DNA of 64,000 bases from Octopus vulgaris (taxonomy: Eukaryota). Shown here one piece after another: positions 1 to 14,384 of the stretch; position 1 is the first letter of the stretch, and the number at the start of each line of letters is the position of its first letter. Location: contig OX597825.1 of the NCBI GenBank assembly GCA_951406725.2, positions 9,114,001 to 9,178,000 on the forward strand, written 5' to 3'. Under the pieces are notes generated by a model. The model had not been told where the DNA came from. It did no database searches and saw only the letters and a program-made list of their open reading frames with translations. Position numbers and translations under genes: made by a program.

Positions 1-106
1 AATACCGTGTTCTACTGTGTTAGCACATATTACATTTACAGATAAATTCTTGTATTTACATAATAACGAAGTCTCTTTCTTTCTTTTGCTGTCTTACCAT
101 TTTTAG

Positions 107-109
<3 letters not shown>

Positions 110-142
<33 letters not shown>
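110..142. repeat. (TA)n microsatellite
   Basis: Pure TA run. Confidence 0.95.
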
Positions 143-144
<2 letters not shown>

Positions 145-885
145 TTGAGCGCACTCGTGTTTATTAATATATATATTTCGTTACAGCAAAATGTATATTA
201 GAAACTTAGTGGTTATATGAATTTACAGGTTAACATATACTGAATTTCAGATTATAGGTCATGTCTGGCACAATATATAGGTCATGAAACAAAACGTGTA
301 AAGAATTTACCCTGTTATATTATTACAGCTTCATTTGATGAGATATTCAATATGATATTAGTCTAGTAGTACACAACAAGTTTGCATTCGTCTAATAAAA
401 TGAGGCAATATCTATATTCAAATTTTATGCTTTATTTTCATATGAAATTCAAAGCGGTTTCATTTGAGTATACAAGCAACTTTGAGAGGCAATATCAGTT
501 TACCTAATGCATCATTCTACTTCGAGAGTCCTATGTAATTAATGTGTAATTTCAGTTTTATTCAAGCTCAATCCCTTTATAATTGTCTGTGTGAAAAAGG
601 GGAGAAAACATTAAAGTTTAAGAACTTGACATGGTAAAGAACGATTGCTTTCACCTTGTAGCAGTAACTGTGAAAGTATTTTAAAATATTCTCTTCTTTA
701 AAAATTTATACTAATATAAAATGCATTTATTTAGAATGCACATTTTGTAATAAAATATTACAAGTTTGAATTGAAATTATGTAAATAACCATTAGGTAAA
801 AGGAGAGTAAATACAGAAATACCACAAAGAAAGTGAATTCTGTGTAACATTTAGCGTTTAAATATTTAACATTTAAACAAACGTA

Positions 886-929
886 ATATATATATACATA
901 CATAAATATATATATATATATTTTATATG

Positions 930-990
<61 letters not shown>

Positions 991-1048
991 ATATTTATAT
1001 GTATAACGTATATATATACACATAAATAAATATATATTTATATATACG

Positions 1049-1082
<34 letters not shown>

Positions 1083-1213
1083 TATACATATGTATGAATA
1101 TAAACACACACATATATATATATATACACACACACACATATATATATATATATACATATACACACATATATATATACATACACACACACATACACACACA
1201 CATATATATATAT
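886..1213. repeat. Compound (TA)n/(CA)n microsatellite
   Basis: Alternating purine-pyrimidine tract; source of the spurious YI/CV ORFs. Confidence 0.95.
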
Positions 1214-1504
1214 CGTTTTAAAGAAATCTTCCCTTAAGATCTTTACCACATTTATTGTCGAAGAATGAAAAAATATTTCAAATGATAACTTATAAGATTA
1301 GGATCTTATCCAGTTTTTTTTCTATTTTTCCTGGTTTTGCTGTTTATTAACTGCTTTTAAGCAAGGGTAAGTCTGATATATGTTGATCTTTTTTTCTATT
1401 TCTGTGAATTGTTTTATGCAAATTTACTTTCGATCTTTTGTTCCCATTAAAGAGATAACTATAAATATGTATATGCATGTGTATGCAAGACTATGTCTAA
1501 ACGG

Positions 1505-1576
1505 ACACACACACACACACACAATGATATCCCCTTTCTAATTTTTTTTACTTATATAGATACATGATATATATAC

Positions 1577-1632
<56 letters not shown>

Positions 1633-1669
1633 TGTGTGTGTGTGTGTCTTATGTATATATGTATATATA

Positions 1670-1709
<40 letters not shown>

Positions 1710-1724
1710 TACATATATACATAC

Positions 1725-1766
<42 letters not shown>

Positions 1767-1770
1767 GTGT
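1505..1770. repeat. Compound (CA)/(TA)/(TG) microsatellite
   Basis: Direct inspection. Confidence 0.9.
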
Positions 1771-3984
1771 AACTGTCTTGCTGTCTGTATTTCTGTCAAA
1801 ATGCCTTAGATTTCTGCCGAAAATTTTATCTGGAAGTAGGAAATTGCATTATCTCACAATTTTTTTTATTAAATGATCTGTTATGCTGGGATGTTGCATG
1901 TATTCTTCTAAAGAATTTTCAGCAAAATGTTCCGGGATCACTTTAGGGATCCTCTGAACATTTGGAACACTGCTCACAGAATTCACCTGTTTTGTGAATT
2001 ATCGGTTTTATAGAATATTCTGGATATAAAATAGCAAATCGTTTCCATTGCAAATGTTATTCTGTTTTTATAATTTTCGTTTTTCTTTTTCGGTTTTAAC
2101 TGTCTTTTTTGCATCACCATTGGTTACGAGATAATCAATTTATTTTGTTATTACAAGTTGTAAATTTCCTCCGTTTTCAATTATATAGTTCGCCTCCAAT
2201 CACAGAGGGAGTAAATATGAACGGGATGGGAAGCATACAGTAATTGGGGCAGAGAAAGAGAGAAAGAATAAGAGTAAAAGAGAGAGAAAAATTGAGGGAG
2301 AATGAGATATTATTAATAATTTTAGATGTCAAATATTCTTCTACCTGCTGCGGCAAAAACAATCAATTTAGTTTAAAATTTATATGATATGCAAATTATT
2401 CTGTTTTGCTTTTTTACATATTTTATCATTTTTACAAGAGATTTCTAGTGCATGTGTGACGGTCTGCTTGAAATTCACATGCGATTATGTTGAATTATAT
2501 TGTATTTGTGCGACCAACGTAACGTGCTTGAAATAGCTTCTTTTTATGTTAGTTGTCATAGTTTAGTATTCGGCATGAAAGCAGATCAGTGAGTAGTTAT
2601 CGATAACCATCGTTTATATCTGCGATTCTCGAACAAGACTTACTTAAAAAAGTAAACTTCATAAAGAGGTCCATCCAAACTGGGTATTGCTCCGCCAAAT
2701 ATCACTTCCCATATTTCCGCTATCATCGGCTTTTTGCTCATATCAAGGTCTTCGAATAGCATGCGCAAATCGTGGGTTTGTTGCCACGTTGTACTTCTGC
2801 TACTAGGACCCATTGAACTGTGTACAACCCCTTGTGTCTTAGAGCAAAGGACTCAGATTTCGCAACTCAACTATTGCATTTCAGTGTGAGTTGCTGGTTA
2901 TAAACCAGCGACGCCGCGAGAAGACTTCGGTTGTGAAGCCATTTATAAATAATTCCTAAGATTTTTCTAAATGGCCCATGATACTTTTTTACTGTTACTA
3001 TAACCTTATTTCACGTTTTTGATTTTACTTTTATTCTCGTGTTCATGTCAACGTATAATAACAATGGCCCTGCCTATGAAGGCTGTCTGTATCGAACATA
3101 ATGACCAGATATCCATAGTGTGTATTATCAATGATTTACCAATAATGGATGATTTACGCTATCCATATCTACTGGCCGACCTAATTCTCTCTAGATACGA
3201 TTTAGATGACCCGATGTGACGAGTCCAAACCCACACTGGCGTTTTCGGGAAATCCCATCAGTACCTCTCAGACATTTGGAGAAGTGTCAGCAGACTTGAG
3301 ACAGTGTTGCACACCTTCTCCAATTCGATAATCCTGAATACTTCAGACGAGTATTCAATATGGCATTCCAGGCGCAGAAGGGCGTCCCGAAATAAATTAC
3401 AAAATGCTTAGGGAAATATCGATTCGTGACCCTTGTTAGGACGTTGACCGTACTAGTCTAAAGGTAGGGCCGAAGCTGCAGCTTATGACCAGGATTCACA
3501 ACCTACCTTCTGTGTCCATGAAGAGAGTCCTTCCTAAAATCTAGTAATTTCTCTTCCCGTTCCGGCCAAGTTCGGGACATGCAGACTTTGTATCCACTGA
3601 AAATGGACAGGACGGCACGTTACACGGATAAGCTGATCTCACAGATAGCCATCACATCTATATTTTGTGACATGAGATTGCTGAACATGTAGCGATGCTT
3701 GTATGGCAAACCTGGACACTTGCTTGACCCGAAGACGAGCTGTGAAAAGAATGCTTATAAAATAAAATTCCGTAAGGATGAAAGGCAAAGATGGACACGC
3801 TGAAATTTGAATTCAGAACAAAAATTGTCGGATTCATTTCTTTGGACAGTCGAATTATTCACGCCTAATGATTCATTTATAATAATTTGTTTCACCATGT
3901 TAGCAACATTAACGAAGGAGACATAGTGACTTTCATCGACTGAAAGACTTATCAATTGCTACATTATATGGACCTTGGACAATG

Positions 3985-4310
3985 AGATGCAAATTTAACC
4001 TCGGTGGAATTTGAACTCGGAGAGTACAGAGCCGGACAAAATACTATTGAGCATTTCATTCAACACTGTAAAGTTTAGGCCAGCTCGCCGCTTTAATAGA
4101 AATCCTTTCTGCCTAAAATTTTGTTGGGATGGGGTTAGGGGATTATATCGATCGCAACACTCAACTGGTACTTATGTTATCGACTCTGAAATGACGAAGG
4201 GCAAAGTCCACCTCGGCGGAAATTGAACTCAGAACGTAACGTAAAGACAAACACGATGCCGTTGTGTCCTTTGAGCGACGTCCTATATATTCGCCCAGCT
4301 TGCTGCCTTT
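3985..4310 (-). mobile_element. Two adjacent degenerate SINE-A copies
   Basis: GGAATTTGAACTC (reverse B box) and CCAGCTCGCCGC head at 3985-4093; second copy 4100-4310 with CTGGTACTT...GGCAAAGTCCACCTCGGCGGAAATTGAACTCAGAAC. Confidence 0.7.
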
Positions 4311-4370
4311 ATAATAAGTAAGAAAGAAAAACGAACGAACGAAATGAAGAAAGAAGGAAAGAAAAGGAAA

Positions 4371-4459
<89 letters not shown>

Positions 4460-4482
4460 GGTGGTCGTGGTCGTGGTCGTCG

Positions 4483-4528
<46 letters not shown>

Positions 4529-4540
4529 GATGATGATGAC

Positions 4541-4572
<32 letters not shown>
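4371..4572. repeat. (GAT)n/(GGT)n trinucleotide microsatellite
   Basis: Direct inspection. Confidence 0.97.
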
Positions 4573-4573
<1 letters not shown>

Positions 4574-7500
4574 ACGTATATCACCTTAGTCTAGATCATA
4601 GAAAAATAGAACTTTTAACTGCAGAAAAAAATTCGAACTCACATTTCTTAAGATTAAAATCGCATATCAATATTTTCCTGTCAAATTAATAGATATCTAG
4701 ACGGCAGAAATACGAGAGAAATGAACTTGATGTGAACTTTTATTTAATATTGTCTCTTAACGTTTCCATTTTAATTCTCACAAGAATTCCGTTTACGTTT
4801 CATCCGTCCAGATCTAAAATATATCCGAACGAATACTACCTCATAAAGCAAGAGTGAACATACACAAATTTTGGCCATCAATGTTACTGAAGTTTGGATA
4901 TTATCACTGGATGTACAATTGCTGGACTATTTCATTCCCAAATTTTTATTTAATATCTACTGAAGGATTTATAAATCACAACTGTACGCAGTTACTGATG
5001 CGGACAAAGCCCAGCAAATAGCATCTACTCGATTTAATAGCAGTAGGTTATTCGTGAAATCACATCTTCTACTTGATAAAGTCAAATATTTTCCTTAATA
5101 GAAAAAACCGATGGAACACATCTGAGCATAAGTTATCCTAATGTGGCACGCTTCAATATAAATATAAAGGATTGATGCGTAAATTGGAAAAGAATCTGAG
5201 CATCGTAACCGTGATATACTAACGCCTTTCATTGGAGATTATTTGACTGTCATTAACAAAATGATACATGAAGGAGAGATAAGCATTTTCTTGAAGATCG
5301 TAGAGGACATGAAGTGTAAATATATAGATAGTGCCATTTGAAAGAATTGTGTGAACTGATCAAGATTATTGGATGTCCACGAAGACACAGGTCATCAATT
5401 TACTTCTGCTGCTAAACTATTTCTGTGCTTATCAGTAAAGTCATTAATTTTATATCCTTTATTCTCTATAAATAAAGAAATATAATGAAAGAGATCCTAT
5501 GTGGAGGTTACTGTGTTGGCTTAACGTCTTATCTGCAGATATTTTTCATTTTCCCTAATCTTAACGTTAAAGAAACCATTTCCGTTTTATATGCTTCAGG
5601 AAAAACTATGTTAATTCGGGGAGTTACATAAACAGAACAAAGGCATATGCTTTTCAAATAGAATCCCAGCTTCATTGCTTCATCATCATCACCATTATCA
5701 TCATCATCATCACTGTTACCATCATCATCATATCAAAGGAAAAGCGAAAGAGAGAGAAAGAGAAAAAGGGACTAACTGACAGACTGTATCTACAAACAAG
5801 CAAAATGCTGTGTTTCATTGAAGTGTCGAAGATATAGCATAAAACAATTATTTAAAAGAGTTTATCTTTCACCCCCAAACTGTAGCGTTTCGAAAAGACA
5901 CGCATTAACATCGATGCGTTTTATACTCGTACAGAAGAGTATAAAGTGTAGGAAATGTTAGGCTTCGAAACATTCATAGATGTCTTTCAGAATATTCATG
6001 CAACAGATGGTATTGTGTGTATTATTGAAGAACTATAAGCTAATATTTGAAAGGAAGTTTGCGAGAAAATGTAAATACATAAAGAAGGGAATTCTTTTAT
6101 CATGCATCCATCTATGATTTGATCTCATTTGCCTATGTATACCTCCCTTTGCAGTAGAGATACAAAAGTAGGTGTTTTGTGTATTGTCGCGTCTATGGTA
6201 TTGTTCTCTTGTCAATATTCATATGTTGCGACCATGTGCAGGATTTCTGGCACAAGAATGAGATAGAATGATTATTTCGGAAACATTGAATAACAAAACA
6301 TATTCCGTTTTGCACCTTGGAGATTCATTCAATTATCTAAATACATACATGTAAGTATAAAACAGTATGGATAAAGGTTCGCTCGTAAATTATATTCTGT
6401 GAGAATATGTTAAGAAAATTCTTAATCTGTATTCAGTACGACGTTCAACAATTCACAGTCGTGAATACTAATAAATACAATTAAAGCGGGAGAGGTTTTC
6501 TGCTTTCTTTTGCTTGCTGTCTTCAGTATTTTCCTTCAAAGTTAATTTCATTGTTTACAATATTTTATATACCGTTCTCCATTTTTTTTTATTTTCGCTC
6601 ATTTTTTGTTTTCTTTTTGCTGCATTTCTTCATGTCTCTGGTGGTATAGTTTTTTCTTTATTTTCATTGGTCGCAGCAGTAAAATTCTGTATAAGAAAGA
6701 AATGCCGAAACACATAAACAGCATGACTTGTGAGTTCAAACTCAATATAGGCATTTCATTTTGTTTCTCAGCTGGACACATTGTTCTACATTCTTCAGTT
6801 TATCCAACTGTTGGGAATAGCTCAGAGCAGTGTGAGGAATTTGCTTCTGATATTATAGAGTTTCATCCTTAAAGAAACACAAGGAATTATTTACAAAATG
6901 CCCATTTTCCATGATGCATGGAGAGATATATATCATAATCAGCGTCGTGTTAGTCAGAAAACTGGAGAGAAATATTATCTCGTTTTTTAGGGTTTTTTTT
7001 TCCTTCTTTCATTCTTTCGATTATGATAATCAGCAAATTGGTAAAAGAAGAAATGCAAACACCGATGAAAGCTTTTACTATTATTTTCTATTAAATATAA
7101 TATATTTAGTAATTCGAGTTAAGATGAGATAATGGTGGAAAGCTATTAGCCGCGTGTTAAATATCGCTGCGAATTTATCAGGTTAAACGACCTATAAACA
7201 TTGATTGCAGCTCTAGTGTATGATTTTAACACCGGTGCTACTGGAGATGGTGTTTGTGGTGGTTTTCCTATGATTATAAATGAAAGCAGTAAAGAATATG
7301 TATAGAATCCTTACAGAACCTGCCTCAATATGTATCCAATCATCCAAGCACTCGGCAACACAAAGAATGCACTAAATCAATTTTCTGGCATATTCGTAGA
7401 AACACACATGAGACAAACACAAAGAACACGACAATACACATGAATATGAATGAAGAATAGATTTCATAAACAAATTCTGACTAAAAAATACAGTTGGTTA

Positions 7501-9467
7501 TGAATGGAATGCCTTCGACGGTGGATCTCCTTAATTGGCTCAAAAGCGGATTTGCGAATGTGAAAAACGATTAAGCATAATGAATTACAGTGTATCCCCT
7601 AAATCCTGCATAGACTAAAGTATGTTATTCATCATGTTACTGTTACGGAACATCTGTTGCCAGTTACCAGGGGTTCCAGGGAGATACATTGATTAAGTAC
7701 ATACCAGTCATATACCAGTGTTAGTAATACTAAGCAGAGGCTTCGAAGGGGCACAAGCTTTACTTCTGCACATCCTTATACCCACATTCTTTCTCTCTGC
7801 CCCACTTTTCTCTCTCGTTTTTTTTTTGTTTTTTCGTTGTTCAAAATAACGTTCGTTTCTATGTTTTTGTTTTTGTTTTCGTTTCTCATTGTGTTCAACG
7901 TTTCTTTTTTATGTCCTGTACCCATATATGCATGTATATATATACATATATTTGTAGTTATGTACATATATGTATGTATATATGCATATATTTATATATT
8001 ATCGTATATGTATATTATTATATGATCGAACGCCACGCATCCTTTTCCAAGTTGTATATATATATATATATATTACTGCGGTTACATTCATACATATTCA
8101 TAAATAGATCCTTTGGCTGATTTAGCGTGTAATGTTTTCAATATCCGCGGACCCGTGTTCGATTAAGGAAATACAGGCAGAATTAGTGACACAGTGTAAC
8201 AAATTTGTTATTTCAAAATCCAGAGACAATTCATTTAAAGAACTTAAACACACTTTCCTTGAATCCTCTTTCGCCCACAAGCCCCATGTCGACCTGAGGC
8301 TATACACAAAGACACTGGGCTTTGGTACTCTGCTGATTGTTAATCGATCTTCTTAGATATTCCCTCGCATCTGTGTCTACACAAACACGTGTGTGTGTGT
8401 ATTTATGCATGCATGTATGTGTTTGTGTCTGCGCGTGCTTGTATTTGTCTTTATTTAGGAATACGTGTGTGTGTGCAACGGTCAATATTTTAAATCTTAA
8501 TATTGAATTTATCAATATGCAACATTTACGCTTCTTCGGCGAATTATTCAAATCTTGAACTAGAGAAGATTTATTGTGGACGTTGGTCGTGTCATGTTGT
8601 GAAGGGTAATACGTAAATAAATCAGACGATCTTTCGAAATTCTATCATTCAGAGAGGTTACCAAATATACATTTTATCATTCTTAATTGTTACTTCAGTG
8701 AAATAATGCACGAGTTGCATATATGACATATTATAATATCACCACAGTTTCAGAAAGGTCAAAATAGTATAATCTTTCTGCTATTTACCATCGAATAGCT
8801 AAGATAGCTTAAAATAAAATTTCCTCGGACTTAATGTTCCTATATCATGCCCTTTTATTCGAATATATTTGAACTCAACAGTAATTCGATATTTTTGTCG
8901 TTTTATGAAGGTTCAGAGAAAATCTGGGAAAATCAATAGAACGTTGGCCTACGAATGTTCGCATAGAAAAGGTCAATGTCTCAGATGGATGGTTTTGCTA
9001 CAGAATGCCTATTGAGATGAAATTTAACTTTTGGTTAGCCAGTCTGTTCATTGGTAAATAAGCCGCTGGTGTTTACATACAACTTAGTAGCACATGCAAC
9101 TGGGAGACTCTATAAATAGCTGGTGTTTTCTTAACTGGAAATATTAAACTAAAACGTTACAAGGAATAATATTTAGAAAAGCTCATCGTTGAAATTAGTA
9201 AGGACACGTTTGCAGGCTTCATTAGAGAAAAACGAAACATAAATATTATAACTTGCCATTGAACGAGTAAGATCAATATTATTGTTTGAATAAACGAATA
9301 CTGATACTTGTAAATTATAATCGATAACAACGTTAGTCGTTCAGTTTGATATTCAAACACCTAACACAAGTTTGATTTGGATGAAGAGAAAAAGCACTTT
9401 TATTTAGTGGAACTTCTGATGTTACATTGTAATGTTTGTATATTTCGCATTAAAATTATAACTGATG

Positions 9468-9648
9468 GAAGGCAGCGAACTGGCAGAATCATTAGCACGC
9501 CCGTCAAAACGCTTAGCGGCATTTCATTCGTCTTTACGATCTGGGTTCAAATTCCGCCGATGCTGACTTTGCCTTTCATACTTTCAGGGTTGAATAAATA
9601 AGTATCCCACTCCGAAAATGCTGACCCCCATGCCGAAAATTGAACCCT
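9468..9648 (+). mobile_element. Diverged SINE-A copy (alternative 3' tail)
   Basis: GGCAGCGAACTGGCAGAATCATTAGCACG head, GGTTCAAATTCCGCC B box, GACTTTGCCTTTCAT body. Confidence 0.8.
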
Positions 9649-10576
9649 ATATCATAAATGATGGAAATTGATTTAGAAGCGAACTGTATCAGCGCCATAG
9701 TCTCAGCTAACCAGCAAATTACTTCTCTTTTTTACATTTGTTTAAATAATACAGCGTTAAATCACATATATTAAATGAAAGGTCGCAAGCGCCATTATAA
9801 ACGCACTCTTCAGAAATTTCTCCGATAATTTTAAGCGGTAACACTAAAGAACCAACAAACCAAATAAATTGGCATTTCATTAAGTTGTCCAAATGTACTT
9901 TACACTGCATTGATGGCCCCAGTTTAAGTGATGGAATCTATCAACATTACTAACGTTTTGTTTGTTTCTCAGGAAACTCAGCTAATGCTGTCTCTGTAAA
10001 TTCTTTCACCTCGCATTTCGTGAAACGCCTGTGTGAAACGAATAATATATGAGATACTGAAATGCAAATATACAATTAGATACCCAACAATCTAGGTCAC
10101 TTCTAGGTGACAGAGTTGAGTTAGTTCTGAGTAGAGAAGCGATGGCTGCGATGAACTAGTTTTCCAAAAATTATCCAAATTTATATTCACATAATAAACG
10201 TGTTAGGTCACAATAGGTCTCCTCTTCAGAAAGCGAATGACTCATTTATTTATCATGGTAAAATATGTATCTGGAAATCTAAGATTTTCGCTAATAGAAT
10301 TCATTCTATATTCTTTGATGGGAGTTATTTTGACGCGATATTCATAATTTTCTCCAACTGTAGCGATTTTCCTAACAACGAGATAACGAATTGAGATCAC
10401 TCTGCTGATAAATAAATAACGCAGCATCTGTTGCAGGGAGTCATTATCTCAATAGATGTACGCCTCTAATGACGTGAAACTGCACACAGATTATTGAAAT
10501 AAATGAAGGATATATGGCAGTTCGCGTGATGTCAAAATCCTAATGATTAAAATTATGTGTGCGTGAGGCACAATAT

Positions 10577-10850
10577 TTATTTCTCATTCTCTCTTTCTCA
10601 TTCTCTCTCTCCCTTTTATCCTTCTCTCTCACACTCTTTCATTCTCTCTAGCTCTCTATCTTTCTCTCTGTCTCTGTCTTTGTCTCTCTCTCCCTTTCTC
10701 TCTATCTCCCCCCTCTCTCCCTCTTTCATTCTGCATACGTATGCATATAGGTTTCTGTATGTGTGTGGATGTATGTGTGTATGTGTGAATGTATACATGT
10801 GCCAATGTGTGTATATGAACATGCAAATGTGTGTATGGATATATGAAAAT
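10577..10850. repeat. (CT)-rich then (TG/TA)-rich low complexity
   Basis: Direct inspection. Confidence 0.8.
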
Positions 10851-13690
10851 GCAAATAACAAGTTGAAAATTGGGATACAATGCATAAATAAAACACACCC
10901 ACACACAAACTCACAAAAATACGTGAGATGAAATCGAGGCATTGTGTGTTTGTCTGTTTGCATTGTGTGTTTGTCTGCATCATCTAAACCTGTCAGTGAT
11001 ATGGTTTGTTATGTGAGTTAGAAACGTTGTTTCTGTATTTCCTTCAGTGTGTTTATCCATGGTGTGTGGAGAAGATACACGCTTATATACTGGCACCGGG
11101 ATCGATACGTTGAACCAGATGGTGACAGTTTGGTCAGATAGCCTGTTTTCTAACGCAAACTGCTCCGAAGAGTTTGCAAATGATGGAAAACCTGAGGCCA
11201 AGGGATGCACAAATAACGCTTTTTATAAAAACCAAAATCTATGAATAAATATTCATATAGAAATATACCTTTATTCTAAGACTCAGTTAATATGAAGGTA
11301 AGAGATCATGATATAAGTGCTATTCTTAACTTGATGAGTAAAGCAAATAATTCGAGCTCGAATTCATTCCAATACCAAACATTCAACCTTTAAGACTTAA
11401 GATACCAACCTAAATTCTCAGCATGGATTATTCAACAGTTGTACATTTATAATGCGTGTAAGTAATGTGTTGACTTGCGACTAATCATAATTAATTATTT
11501 AAAATTTAAAATATTATCTTGATCTATGTTTGAAACGTTGAGTTCCCATTGGGAATTATTTATCTTTAATAATATTTATACGAAATATTATTTTACATAC
11601 ATCTATTTTACTGCATTACATTTGAAATTCCAAATATGTTTAATTCATATATTTTCTCCCTACAAATAGAACGTACATTTCTTCTCACCTAAAAATATAA
11701 ACAACGAATAAAAAAAGAGCACACATTTGTTCAATTTGTGATCGAAATTCATTGCAAACATTCTATGTAATTTAGAAGGAAGAAGACATTGGTTTTGTTA
11801 AATAGAAGTTAATATATTCTCTAAAAATGAATTTGCTCTTTAATCATCTTCCAATTATTTTTTGCCCAAGTAATATACATTCCCTTTTCTAATTAGAAAG
11901 GAATATATCTATTTCTGGTAAAATGTAAATCATATAAATAATTAATTCATAAAAATATTGTTTCTAAATACCATAATATGATATGGGAGATTGCCGCGGG
12001 AGGAAATATTTCAATCAGTTCACTAAATGCAAGTGAAACAGCGGAATAAATATCGTGTTGTGAACAAGAAGACGTCTAACGTATCAGGCAGAACTCTTTG
12101 TCGATACAGAATATTATATGATTTGTTGAGATTCTACTCTTCAAATACGTAATATTTTGCTTGCCACGGCGAATAACTGGAATAAAATACATCAATGCAA
12201 ATCTGATTTAATCCTGATAATTTAGCGGAGAAAAGTAATTCAGTACTACTGTCCGCTGATACAGATATTAGTAAGATCTGAGTGAGGTGGGATTAAAAAT
12301 CAAACTGTGCGAGTTGGGCAATTAGAAGAACGAAATAACCAAAGTAGGAATTTTGGGGATGTAATTTGAATGAAGTCATACGTAATCGTTGACAACAATT
12401 CGAACCTCTTTGCAGATTTGAAACCCACAAGACTCAAATTTCCTAGTTAACGAACTTCCCTCACTGGAGTCTACGAGACGGTATTTTGTGGGTTTAATTT
12501 CTTCTAGCTTCCAGTAAAGTCAATATATTGAAATACAATCGTATCGCAAACTGAAAATCTAGCTTCTACATTTCTTAATACATGTTTTAACTTAGATGCC
12601 AGAGGATAATCAGAGGGAAGTACAAGAAGGTAAGAAACGAAGCCTGCTCTTGCTACAAAATCTTATAAACAAATTAATAAAAAGCAAGATTCTTATAAAA
12701 ATGTAAAGTCTTTCAAATACTTCTTTTCTGCTGAGAGGAAAATATATATGGTATGCATGTATATGCAGATATTATGCATTTTAAAGTTATTAATTTATAT
12801 TTTCAGATTTTTAGTTGAATATATTACCATTGATCATGCATCTGATATGATATGTTATAAACTAGATATAAATAATTAAATTAAAATAAATACAAATTTC
12901 ATTCTTTTCAGAAAACAACTCATGCCATTTTTGTGGATCCATTCTTCTTTTCTGAATAAAAAAATCTTTGCTAAACTACTGTATGATATTCAAAGGTAGA
13001 AGCAGTGAAAGATATATAATATAATAATGAAGGCAAACCAAATAGTATCATTTTGTTGTCATTAAAACGTACGCTTCAGGATTACATAGAGTATAATAGG
13101 AAATGTATCCATTTCGTAAACCTTCCTCTAGGGTTATACAACAGTCGGATTGATTTCAATACAGCGCAATTATCAAGGGTTCCACTTGAAGATGCTTTAA
13201 AATGTTGGCAATATGTCCCCGCTTCGTATATAGTTACATGTGATTATACGTGACTTTACCAGGCTTCACATATTTTCTGATATGGAATGAGAAACAAAAT
13301 ACACAGAAAATGAAGAGTAAATCAAATAACAAAGTCTTAAGTTGTTATTTCCCTTGTGCTAGACTTGACTCTTTGTAACTTTTGATACGTGCAAGTGGTT
13401 TCTAAGTCAAATACAGTTTTCTTGTACCATATACTTATATCGTCATACACATTTTAAAAAAAGCGTTGCTTCTGGATATTTCTATATGATATTAGGAGTG
13501 AATATAGCAACGATATTATTAGGAGCGTTAACCACGAATTACATGCGAAAGAAAATATCTGTCAATATAATTGTAAAGAAACAATATAAGAGCCATTTTT
13601 CCATAGAAAATTAAATGCAAGTATAGTTAATGTTATGAGATATTTAGCTCGATAAAAACCCCGAACGTGCTAATGAAGTGTGAGTAATAT

Positions 13691-14091
13691 ATTTCTTTAT
13701 TGCTCACAGGGGGCTAACAATGACAGACAAAGGGCTTAAGTCCATTACATCGACCCCAGTGCGTAACTGGTACTTAATTTATCGACCCCGAAAGGATGAA
13801 AGGCAAAGTCGACCTCCGCGGAATTTGAACTCAGAACGTAACGGCAGCCGAAATACCTATTTCTTTACTACCCACAAGGGGCTAAACAGAGAGAGGACAA
13901 ACATGGACAGACAAACGGATCAAGTCGATTATTTCGACCCCAGTGCGTAACTGGCACTTATTTAATCGACCCCGAAAGGATGAAAGGCAAGGTCGACTTC
14001 GGCGGAATTTGAACTCAGAACGTAACGGCAGCCGAAATACCGCTAAGCATTTCGCTCGACGTGCTAATGATTCTGCCAGCTCGCCGCCCTT
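13691..14091 (-). mobile_element. Dimeric SINE-A with 17-bp target-site duplication
   Basis: TGAAGTGTGAGTAATAT at 13674-13690 and 14092-14108 flanks a head-less unit plus a full unit. Confidence 0.92.
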
Positions 14092-14121
14092 TGAAGTGTG
14101 AGTAATATTCAAGAGAAGATG

Positions 14122-14340
14122 TAAGGCCGTAACCTGGCAAAATCGTTAGCAGGCCTGGCAAAATACCTAGCAGCGTACTGTCCGACTTTACGTTCAGTGT
14201 TTAAATTCCATCGACTTTGATTTTGCATTTCATCCTTTCGCGGTCGATAACATAAGTACCAATTGAAAACTGCATGAGATGTAATCGATTGATTCCTTAC
14301 ACCGAACTAGTTTGCCTTGTGCCAAAATTTGAAACCAATC
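14122..14340 (+). mobile_element. Old SINE-A copy (alternative tail)
   Basis: CTGGCAAAATCGTTAGCA head, TTTCATCCTTTCGCGGTCGATAA body, GCCTTGTGCCAAAATTTGAAACC tail. Confidence 0.7.
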
Positions 14341-14384
14341 TTCAAGTGAACGTCAAAAAAAAAAAAAAAAGGGTGAAGAAGGAA

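Noticed and set aside
2700-3760. Possible LTR retrotransposon gag remnant (RCLYGKPGHLL near 3693-3725)
   Set aside because: Cys spacing does not fit CX2CX4HX4C, and no LTR pair, PBS or pol motif is visible.
6770-6872. CEEFASD peptide resembling CSEEFAND in the 11048 candidate exon
   Set aside because: The match is too short and does not extend at the nucleotide level.
8132-8356. 74-aa non-repetitive ORF
   Set aside because: No recognisable domain or convincing splice context; the length is within chance expectation.
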